From positions 78,687-113,618 of the forward strand of contig NW_014040537.1 of the NCBI RefSeq assembly GCF_001186125.1: 34,932 nt of DNA. The letters are read 5' to 3'. The notes under the pieces are model-generated. The model saw only the letters and a list, made by a program, of their open reading frames with translations. It made no database searches and was not told where the DNA came from. Below, piece after piece: positions 24,953 through 34,932 of this stretch. The position numbers and the translations under genes are program-made. The number at the start of each line of letters is the position of its first letter. Within the stretch, counting starts at the first letter, position 1. The stretch is from Sphaeroforma arctica JP610 (taxonomy: Eukaryota).

Positions 24953-25103
24953 TGTGTGTAGTATGTGTGTGTGTGAAGTAGTGTGTGTGTGTGTCTGTTA
25001 TTTGTTGTGTGTGTGTGTGTGTGTGTGTCTGCGTGTATATATGTGTGTGTGTACATATGTTTATAAATTGACTGCTCTCGCATCTTATTGGGACACTTAT
25101 ACA

Positions 25104-26209
25104 CTATCTTGTCTCTAGTTCTAACCTCACCCCTCGTTCCCTGTCGTGCCCCTGCCTCCTCCTGCCTGTGCTACTCTCCATGGGTGGCGTGGCTCGGGGT
25201 TGCCCCACAGCCCCCGCCGACTGAGAGTGCCCCACTAACCTGTCTACAGCACGCACATCCCACTCGCTACTATTCCTGCTAGTGCTTCCTTCTCGTGGGG
25301 CAATGTTCCCTCGCCCACCCCCACATATCCTGCTCTCCCGTGGCCTATATGCAGTTGCCATTGTTTTACCCCTCCCCATATCCGCCTCATCCTCATCCGA
25401 TGACCCGCCACCTGCACCACTCTCCACCTCTGTCCCGCTATCCGTCCCGCTTTCACTATCACTCCCATCTTCAATGCCCTGGGCCGTCCTACTGCTACAG
25501 CCACTATACGTAGCACTAGAATGAGACGCAAGCCGACTACTCCTCCGGTCCCTCCGAGCCCTCTGAGGTGCATCCACCAGTGACAGCGGCCCGTGCGCAA
25601 TGGTCTCCGGACCCCAAGCACCCAACCCGGGGCTTCCCCTCCTATGCGTCTGCTTTTGCTTGCCATAGCTGTACCGCGTATTTAGCCGTGTGTTTGTCGT
25701 ACGTGTCTCTGGCGTCGCGCTATGCCCACGCTGGACACAGGTACGGCTCAGGAACGGCTTTAGTATCGACTTAGCGCTCTGGCAAGCCTCCGTATGTTCA
25801 GGCCCGCCCGATCCCTTCTGGCGCTGCACTGGCCGTGGCTCCGTGTGTGCCGGTGCGTGCGTACTTGCCCTATCTGTGTCATGTGTTGTCCCGTTGAGTA
25901 TAGACGTGTTCGCGCGTGTGTCCGCCCCTGTCGTGGCGAGAGCACTGTCCACACCGGCGCACGGGGTCTCTGAACCCATGCTCGGAGTGAGACCTACATC
26001 TGTATCCGTCTGTAATGCTGGGGTTGTATCTGTGTGTGTGTGTGTTTCGGACGAGGGCTTCTCCGGCAAGTTACTGTGTGTAACCTGAGCGATGATAGAC
26101 GCTACTATGTCATTCGTATCCTTGTCGAACGCTCCTGGGTTCACGCGCTGTTGCTCGCGTACATGTGCGTAGACCCCCGACGACATGATGTCACGTCTAG
26201 CATCCACAT
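25104..26209 (-). CDS. ARM-like gene last or penultimate exon, long disordered tail
   Basis: ctgcag acceptor, phase 1 (DVDARRDIMSSG...), within the 391-aa ORF. It ends at TAG 25104 or splices earlier. Confidence 0.75.
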
Positions 26210-29200
26210 CTGCAGAGTCGGTGGGAATGCGATGTAAGCCAGGAGAGCATACGGTGCACTTGCCAGAGCACGCATGCACTACCTACTCGATGGGATAACA
26301 ATGACGCAATTGTGATAACAATGACGCAATTGTGATAACAATGACGCAATTGTGAAAACAATGACGCACTTGCGATAACAATGACGCGATTGTGATGCTT
26401 TGAATTGCAATAAAAATGATAGGCGACCAATAAACAAGCAGAAGCTTGACATATGCCAACATATGCCACAGAAAAGGAGTGAAATATATAACCTTGGGAC
26501 TTGTGGGGCACTAAACGTCGCACGGAGCCTCAGAGGTTACACTCCATCAACAGCATTATCGTAGAAAATAAGAAGTACTGCGTGCAGACACATAAACATC
26601 CTTATAAATACACGAGTTATATATATAAAACTCCGTCTGAAGAAAAGTTAAATAAAGCAAGAGACGTGTTGGATTTTGGAGGTTGGCGGGACGATCGCCC
26701 ACCCATCCATCACAAACGCAGAACAACACAGCACACTGCAGCCACGACACATAGAGACGGTCAGGTATCAAGCGAACGGGAACACTCAGCGTGATTCAAC
26801 CCAGGCGCTAAATAGCATGATATATACACACTGGCACAACGAAGCACCCGCATGAGGCACCACAAACCAGCTCACATATTACTGAAGATAGCATTGTACG
26901 ACTACTCAATGTAAATGGACAAAATTGATGCCGTTGGTACACCGACGCTCCGCTCAAAGCGTATGTGTATGCCCTATGCCATAGGCAACCTCAACGCGGT
27001 TAGTCAATAAAATCAGAACGAGTGGTATGTTCGCCGCGTATATAATAGTATACAAACTAACCTCGACAAGTACAATAACATACAAACATACCTCGACAAA
27101 TACAATAAGATACAAACACACCTCGACAAACACAATAACATACAAACATACCTCGACAAACACAATATCATACAAACATACCTCGACAAAGATAGGATAG
27201 CATCACGATGCCCACGGAACGCTTGCCCTCCACATCAGACAGGATGAACGCGTCCACGAGCTTCAGAATACCGAAGGCACCTGAGTTGGTGTCCAGTAGA
27301 GCATCCAGCACTGTATAGTCTACTTGCCTGCAGTCGATAGTACGGGTAGGCGTACAGGCATTAAATAGAAATTAGATATCTAACATTTCGTTGTGCATGC
27401 GAGCAGCTACATTGTAACGATGTGTAGCGAGTACAAAGCGTAAGACGGACTGAATATATGTATACGGTCAACACCCACCTGTATATGCGTAACAGCATGT
27501 ATCTGATCAGCCCAATGAGAGCAGCCGTAGTGTATTGCATGGCACCTCAGATGCAAAAGAATGTCATTCACACACAGCACTGCCATAACTGATCGGGCTA
27601 GTGATATCACGCAAACAAGATACTCAATCCCTACGACGTGAATGTAGGTGGCGTGCATAATGTACAGATGGTAAAACGACATACGCGCACATACACATAT
27701 GTTCATTATAATAAGTGTACGTGATATATATATATATATATATAGTGTGTGTGTGTGTGTGTGTGTGCGTGTGTGTGTGTGTGTGTGACTGGGTGTGTAT
27801 GTGTGTGTGACTGTGTGTGTATGTGTGTATGTGTGTGTGACTGTGTGTGTATGTGTGTACGTGTGTGTGTACGCGTGTGTGTGTATGTGTGCGTGTATGT
27901 GGGTGTATGTATGTAAGTATATATACCAACCATGTACAGCCATATGATATAACATATCATCAATCACCAGAAATCACATAACGTCCCATTCAGACACGCC
28001 TGTACATGCGCTAACCCTTCTCACACACAACAACCGGCCACCATCTACACATCCACCAAACATACTGCTCAATTGTCTTGGTCGCAGTCCAATCCGCTTC
28101 CACCAGCAGCACCAGCAACAGCACCATACACGCCAGCCCAACCCCGTCACTGAGCGTCGAGAATGCCAGGCTCACCAGCCCTTGCACCATACGCCCATTA
28201 TCCGCACCACAAACCATCCTCCTGACCGATGACCGACCCACACACGCCACACTCAACGCCCCCAGCGCCTCTTGCAAGGCATCGAGCGTGGGGGTGTGCA
28301 CGTGGGTGTGGGGCTCCCCTTCGCCCTTGTTGGGACTAGTGGCGTGTGGGGGGGGTGGGCGTGGTGACCTCGGTGTGTGTGGTCGTGTACGCGTACACAC
28401 TCGCGGCGGCGCCGGCGCTGAGGAGGTTTGTGAGAAGGATGATAAGCACACCCCCCGCGTGTCCGCCGAACATAAAGTCAGACGTGAATTGCCAGCCAGG
28501 CGGGGGCAGCACCACGGCACAGAGATCAGGCACTTCCAGCAGGTTTCTGAGACACGCGCACGCACTCGCCTCGAGATGCGAGAGCGCGAAGGCTTCCTGG
28601 CCCTGCAAGGGGGGAGAAGGGGATGATAAGAAATCGCATGGCCACTCGAGTCATTGACTGAGGGATCTTGTTAGCATATTTTTAGGGTTTAGGGTTTAGG
28701 GTTCAGGGCGTGTCGCAGGTATGTGAGAAGAGAAGGACCCCCTAGCCCTACCAAACGTAGTAAGGGAGTTGAACATATGCGGCATGGTCACCCAGGAATC
28801 GAGGGCATGTCATGCGTCAGTCCTTACACTGGGGGGGTGTGGGGGTGGTGACTGTTCCTCTTTGCCGAGGTAAGGTTTAAGGTTTAGGACAGACGAGACG
28901 CCTTGTGGTATCCTCGTACAGTACAGACTGACCGGCCCATTCGTCAAAGTACGAAGAGGCTTAGAATCAAATAGGTGCGCATGCCATCTATCGGTAGTGC
29001 TCGGTTTGTATTGGTCACGAAATTTGCCTTGCCCTGACTCCTAGTGATAGACAGACGGCACGTGCGCTGACCCGATTCACCACATTTACAAAACCGGGAC
29101 AAATACACCGATACGACTATATATGGGGGTACACAGGCACTTCGTCTTGCTATATGTATATGTATAATTATACATGTTCTGTAAGTTTGGATGTATATTT

Positions 29201-31431
29201 CTCGACATGCCCAGTAAAGAGGAACAGCATGTTTTCTCGCACGTAAGGGCGCGGGGTATCTTATGCTTTTTTCAATTCCCGTCGGCGCTTAATCACCGCA
29301 GGTGAATTCATACAAGAGATACCCTCACGGATAACATCCTAAATAGAACCAAACACACACTTACCCATGATGACTGTCCACTCAGCCACAGAATTCTGCC
29401 ATAGATATTCTCACGGATAGACCCTATGTACACTCCACACACAGACATTGGACAGAAAAGCTCAATACGTGCTCACTTATCAAATCAGACGTCCATGCGC
29501 TCTCTAGCATGCTCTCCGGTGACAACGGGCAAGACATAGCCACCACATTTGTTCTCATACAATAGAAATGATAGCACAAACAATATCATAGGCAGCACCA
29601 CACATACACTTGTGCATACGACCAATCCCACTCACCCATCAGATCCCGCAATGCTTTTCTCACACGGATCATAAGGCATACACACACTCCACACTCCTTT
29701 ACATTGGTACAACATGTCCCAAGCCGTACCTGCTCACTCATCAGAGCAGACGACCAGGCACTCTCAATCATGCCCTCGGGCGAGAAGGTGCATGACACAG
29801 CCACCACCGCCGGCGTCACATAACCAGCTCTCAGATCGTCAAACACCACACCCTCACCCTCACCCTTTCTGTGTTCAGCCCCCACTTGCGCCTGTGTTTC
29901 CACCTCAGCTGTGTCGAGAGTGTGGTGTGCTGTAGCCTGGTCTCCCACGGCTGCAGGTGTGCCAGCAGCGCCGCTCTCCTCCGCACGGCTACCGACAGCC
30001 ACAGCCACAGCCACAGCCACGCTGGACGGGCCCTCGCCACTTATCTCTGCACTACCCCCCATACGCACACCCGACTGTGTGGTTCCTGGGTGCGTCTCAC
30101 TCTCACTCTCGCACGCCTCCACACCCACACCCACACCCACGCCCACGCCCACGCCCACACCCACACCGTCACCCCCAGACTCTGACTCTGACTCTGACCC
30201 CACCGCCAGCCCGTGTGTGGCCATTGCTGTGGCTGAGCGTGTCTCCTGCGGAGCATTCGCTCTATTGGTGCGGTGGGACGAGGCTCCGAAGAAACCAGGC
30301 GCAATAACCGTTCGGGTCGACGACGAGTAACCGTTGCCCTTGCCCTTGCCAGTGCCAGTGCCTGTGCTGAGACCACCGGATGAACCCGTAGAGGGAGGGA
30401 GATACACCACATACTCGGGCTGAACAAGCGCCGCGGCATCTGCATGTGGGTGCAAATGATATGTTAAAATGATTGATATGCTAGAATGATATATGTGATA
30501 TTGTGGGTACAAATGATAAGATAAAATGATTGATATGTTAGAATGCTATATGTGATATTGTGGGTGCAAATGATATGTTAGGCGACGTGTGGGTAGGAAG
30601 TAGAGGCCGTGTGGGTAGGAAGTAGAGGCCGTGTGGGTAGAAACAGAGGCCGTGTGGGTAGGAATTAGAGGCCGTGTGGGTAGGAATTGGAGGCCGTGTG
30701 GGTAGGAATTAGAGGTCGTGTGGGTAGAAACAGAGGCCGTGTGGGTAGGAATTAGAGGCCGTGTGGGTAGGGATTAGAGGCCGTGTGGGTAGGAATTAGA
30801 GGCCGTGTGGGTACAGCTGTGTGTATAAACATGAAGAACGTCATGGTAGGATGAGGTGTACTACCGCTAGACCCGTCTATCAATCATTGCGACGGTGGGA
30901 GAGCAGTTGAACGTGCGGATGTATCGCATATGTGTGGGTAAGCGTGTTCGTGCGCCGTCACCCACCGAACCAATAACACCGGCTAGTGCATACCTTGACC
31001 TGAAGTTGATGATAGCGTGAAAGAGTTGCAACCAAATCGCACGTGACTGACTATATTATATACACCCGTCTGTCTATATGTACGCAGGTTATAATTGCTA
31101 CACCGCATGCATAGACCCACCTTCAATAGACGGCTGCCCCGTTGTGGCCATTTTTCTAGTCGTGGCCTGCTCACGCACCTTCGCCGACCAAACCAAGAAC
31201 GCCGTCAGTGTGTACACCAAACTGTAATCTCTCCGCAACATATGTGCCTGTGTGTTGTTGGAGGCTTCCATAGACGCATTGCGCAGCACTATACATGTGA
31301 TAGAGTGGTGGGAAACATTCAGAAGAAGTGGGTTTGACCTTGGTGGGCTGTGTGGCACTTGTACACAGCCCCGCACATACACTCCACACAAACGCGAGGT
31401 GCGTATATACACACACATACATACATACATG

Positions 31432-31479
<48 letters not shown>

Positions 31480-31485
31480 TTTATC

Positions 31486-31524
<39 letters not shown>

Positions 31525-32074
31525 ACACGCATAGACATCACATTTACGTTCACAATAAACTGAAATATACCTGCTACCACCGTCGCTGCCACGTCCACAT
31601 CGGTTGTCTTTCGCAGCACTGCAACGAGCGTCTCCAGCCCACCCCCCTGAACAAGTACACACTGTGCGTAGCTCGACGATGCAGTTAGCATGTCCAGCGA
31701 CTGCAGCAGCGCAGACGTGGTACCGTCGCCCTGGGTGCCCTATGTAAGTGTATGTGTATCTGTATCTGTATGTGGATATGTATGTATGCGTATGTAAACG
31801 TGTACGTGTATATGTAAGTGTATGTGTACGTGTATCTGTATGTGGTTATGTATGTGTATGTGAATGTGTATGTGTATGTGTATGTATATGTGCGTGTGTA
31901 TGTGTATGTATATGTGCGTGTGTATGTGTATGTATATGTGCGTGTGTATGAGTATGTGTATGTAAAGGTGTAGGTGTATGTCTATTTCTATGTGTATGTG
32001 GTTATGTATGTGGGTGTGGATGTGTTTATGTACGCGATTATAAATGCCTATGTGTATATGTACGGGTGTGGGTA

Positions 32075-32117
<43 letters not shown>

Positions 32118-32414
32118 TTTTATGTAAAATTTTATGTGTATGTCCATGTGTATTGGTATGTATATGTGTGTGCGTGTGTGTATTTTTGTGTGTATGAATA
32201 TGTGTAAGTGTGTGTGTGTGAATTTGAGTGTATGAGAAATGTATATTGTACATGCACTCGTACGTGTTGGCAAGATAAAAAAATTGTGTATACAATTATT
32301 TACCACGTGTATACAAAATAATCGTGTTCACGTGTAAATGTGTCTCATATACAAGGTAAGAATATAAACATGCATGTAGGTACATATACACTACATACAC
32401 AGTTGATATCCATA

Positions 32415-32454
<40 letters not shown>

Positions 32455-34427
32455 GTCCACTACACTATAAGTATAAGTATACCTGCAAGCTAGTAGGCAC
32501 ACTCCGACTAAGCCGTTGTATGACACGCCGTTCCGGATCCTGCGCTAGCAATATCTCTCGTCCCTTGCAGTCTACGGCCATCTGACTGATACCTGCAGCC
32601 CCGCAGTGGCGCAGAGATCGGTCACCCGACTCAAGGAGACTTGTGTATAGCTTGACCACGGGCAGCTTATATGCGCGATGCCGAATAAAGTCTGCGTGGT
32701 ATAAGCATAAGACCCCTTAGTATGTCAGTATGACTCAGTATGGTATGCAGCGTGAACCGGGTAGCTTGAGGGTGCGGTGTGTTATGGATTCTGTATTGTA
32801 ATACCACGAACTGTTAGCACGTGTTTATTACGAAGAACTAGCTGAGATTCCTGAGGTGAAATCTGGCGGCGGGCAGCGTGTACGTGCTGAGCTGCTCTAT
32901 AGATTATGCACAGGGACCATATGCGGAGTATCTGTGTATAAGTAGCACTAAGCAAAACCGAGAAGCCTGGTATATAATTTGTCCACAAACTTCTGCGGAG
33001 TATCTGTATATAAGTAGCACTTAGCCTAACCGATAAGCCTGGTATATAGTTTGTCCACATACAGCTTGTGCGTGTTGTGCCTGATGGATGGTTAAGAGCA
33101 AAAGCATAGGGAGTACTAGTATTAGTATCTAAGTAGCGAAATCGACACTACTGGTGTATAAGTTGACCACAGACAGCTTGTATATGCCATGTCTAATAGA
33201 TTCTGTGTAGCGTATCGGCATGTAAGTAATACTAGCGAAACCGAGACTGCTGGCATAACTTTTGCCACAGATAGCTTGTTGGCGCGATGCCTAATGGAGT
33301 CTGTATAGTTAAAACATAGCAAGCATGGCTGCGTAAATCGAGAACGCACGTGTGTAGGTCGACCATGGGCAACTTGTAGGTGCGACGTCTGATAGGAGCT
33401 GCATGCATCGTAGAGATGGAAAAATACTTGGGTGTGTCAGAGAAGGTTGGTAAATTATCCATGTATGCGTTAACTCTGTATCTCTCCCACTGGGTATCGG
33501 TCGCCCATCTGCTTGTGAGTGTATGTGTGTGGGTGTGGGTGTGTGGGTGTGACAGTCATGTGCCAGACTGTGGAGTGACAGCAGACCGCAACTATAACTG
33601 ATGTGTTGCTATGGAATAGAAGCCATAAACCCTAACCCCGATAATCGCTCGCTTTATCCATTAAGCATCGCAAATCTGATCATCGACACAAACTGGCACT
33701 ACGAAGTGGCAAGGCAGATATATAAAGATAGGATGGTCCCACATGCCACACTTCGACCAATCATGTCACACAGAATCCAATTTGAAAACTCCGCATGCCA
33801 TCTGTGTCTACAAATATACTCCCGGCTCTCACTGGACACTGTACAGATCCGCCGTTGCCATGGTTACTATATACAAATAAAGCAGAGGGATATGCCAAAC
33901 TGCGGGAATATTCAAAACGACAGCTCTCGGATGATGACGGACTTATACACAGGAATCGGGGACCCACACATACCGAACTGCAGAAGTATACACGACTACA
34001 ACTTTCCTATGTCAACAGAGGCACGCCCCATTGTATTGAAACTATAATCAAACCCACAAGCTCAACTGTCCCATGCCGAGGTAGAAAGCCATTTGCACCG
34101 TTCACATAATGAGAGACGTATCGTTGCATTAGCAGCTATGTACACAGGACAAAGCCTCCGCACGGCCAACATCGAGAACAGCCACAGCGACACTTTTCTT
34201 ACAGGCGCGACATATAACTAGCCACAAGGCATGCATTCCAAACCGCCCATCCTGTACGAAATCGCCAGTGTCGCTGTGTCGCATATAGGCTGACATACTG
34301 TTGTACTGCAGAACCGTGGCCAGGCATTCTGTTGCGCGTTTCTTAACCTTCGTATTATCACCGCTGGCCAACTGGATGAGCAACCGCAGGGTATCTCGCC
34401 TCTTCCCAATCCTTTCCTTGACACTCG
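25104..34427 (-). CDS. armadillo/HEAT-repeat-like protein, 3' portion of a multi-exon gene (about 1030 aa in the window)
   Basis: Phase-compatible exons are 34427-34299, 32691-32483, 31739-31571, 31288-31121, 30439-29730, 28602-28397, 28335-28066, 27327-27182 and 26209-25104. ARM-like helices include LRLLIQLASGDNTKVKKRATECLATVL, GGGLETLVAVLRKTTDVDVAATVVAVLRN, ACACLRNL and EALGALSV. The junction at 28336-28396 and the 3' end are uncertain. Confidence 0.75.
26293..26397. repeat. 21-bp minisatellite x5
   Basis: gataacaatgacgcaattgt core. Confidence 0.92.
27043..27190 (-). repeat. 30-bp tandem repeat x5 spanning an exon end and splice donor
   Basis: minus-strand unit tttgtcgag-gtatgtttgtatgatattgtg. 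Confidence 0.93.
27182..27327 (-). CDS. ARM-like gene exon (QVDYTVLDALLDTNSGAFGILKLVDAF...LSYLCR)
   Basis: ctgcag acceptor, G/gtatgt donor, phase 2-1. Confidence 0.8.
28066..28602 (-). CDS. ARM-like gene exon or exon pair with an internal frame break
   Basis: ttgcag acceptor before 28602 and CA/gtatgt donor after 28066. The 5' half (GQEAFALSHLEASACACLRNLL...) and the 3' half (LDALQEALGALSVACVG...) are in different frames. Confidence 0.7.
28681..28708 (+). repeat. interstitial telomere-like tract (TTTAGGG)3 TTCAGGG
   Basis: direct reading. Confidence 0.85.
29730..30439 (-). CDS. ARM-like gene exon, low complexity (GV, SE, AV dipeptide runs)
   Basis: atgcag acceptor, CAG/gtacgg donor; lies within the 308-aa ORF. 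Confidence 0.78.
30586..30813. repeat. 21-22-bp minisatellite, about 10 copies
   Basis: cgtgtgggtaggaattagaggc. Confidence 0.95.
31121..31288 (-). CDS. ARM-like gene exon (VLRNASMEAS...GQPSIE)
   Basis: gtatag acceptor, G/gtgggt donor; this donor was chosen for phase compatibility with the next exon. Confidence 0.7.
31571..31739 (-). CDS. ARM-like gene exon (GTQGDG...GGGLETLVAVLRKTTDVDVAATVVA)
   Basis: acatag acceptor, G/gtatat donor, phase 0-1. Confidence 0.82.
32483..32691 (-). CDS. ARM-like gene exon (FIRHRAYKLPVVKLYTSLLESGD...PTSLQ)
   Basis: acgcag acceptor, CAG/gtatac donor, phase 1-0. Confidence 0.8.
34299..34427 (-). CDS. ARM-like gene exon (SVKERIGKRRDTLRLLIQLASGD...VLQYN)
   Basis: ttgcag acceptor, A/gtatgt donor, phase 1-1. 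Confidence 0.78.
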
Positions 34428-34440
34428 CTGCAATGCAACG

Positions 34441-34520
34441 CAACACTATAGGTGAATGCTAGGCACATACTACAATCAAACAACACTACAGGTGAATGCT
34501 AGGCACATACTACAATCAAA
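34441..34520. repeat. 40-bp direct repeat x2 next to a splice acceptor
   Basis: caacactayaggtgaatgctaggcacatactacaatcaaa. Confidence 0.93.
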
Positions 34521-34932
34521 GGTGTGCGGATGTTGCCAGGGTGTTGTTTAGATCGATGCGTGGAGCGGGCCGAACTACAATTACAAACGTTTTACAGGCG
34601 AATTCCATTACGCACTGCTTATAATTGCAATTGAAAACAGTCAATTGGCATGCAGAGCCCTCGCATACACTCTCATCCGATATACAATATACACTGCTGC
34701 ATGCACTCCATCATCGCGCATAGTACACCCCTACATATACAATCGCTACTCAGACGTAAGGCCTACTACATACTCGCTGGTACGTATTGCATGCCGGTAT
34801 ACACAACACACTTTCAAACTAAGGCTATAAATACAATACACACACCCTGTATTTCGAAACGATATGTCCCCTTGCCACGCGTCACCTACAGGTACACGGG
34901 ACAAACTATCCAATACACAATACAACTATACA

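Noticed and set aside
26500..26640. Possible extra exon after ttcag or cgcag acceptors on the minus strand
   Set aside because: The required phase runs into TAA, and exons 27182 and 26209 already join in frame.
30586..30813. 22-bp repeat array as a CRISPR or iteron array
   Set aside because: Contiguous minisatellite without spacers, inside an intron.
33601..34047. 148-aa plus-strand ORF nested in an intron of the ARM-like gene
   Set aside because: No recognisable domain or coding-like composition; cannot be supported without expression data.

Overview
Eukaryotic genomic DNA with long, microsatellite-rich spliceosomal introns. The style suggests a unicellular holozoan such as an ichthyosporean, but that is inference and not verified. 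I assembled four genes by hand. (1) 502-12252 (+): the last 12 exons (3096 nt, all GT-AG, phases consistent) of a UBR1/UBR2-type N-recognin E3 ligase, with a split RING-H2 and the UBR C-terminal domain. (2) 13000-13650 (-): an intronless secreted protein with a duplicated DVGxxWxHxGEEM motif. (3) 17182-18057 (-): an intronless, disordered protein with a basic NLS-like N-terminus and an acidic-aromatic tail. (4) 25104-34427 (-): the 3' part of a multi-exon armadillo/HEAT-like gene with one frame break near 28340-28400. The most notable non-genic signals are: repeated copying of exon-intron junctions into adjacent introns (at least 7 junctions, one giving a candidate in-frame 30-nt microexon); a dispersed 27-36 bp palindromic micro-element (CATAGCCTTCT..AGAAGGCTATG), one copy with a 7-bp flanking direct repeat; enriched AAACCCTA/TTTAGGG telomere-like motifs; and a long intergenic region full of micro-duplications. 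No prokaryotic system, CRISPR array, rRNA or tRNA was recognised.
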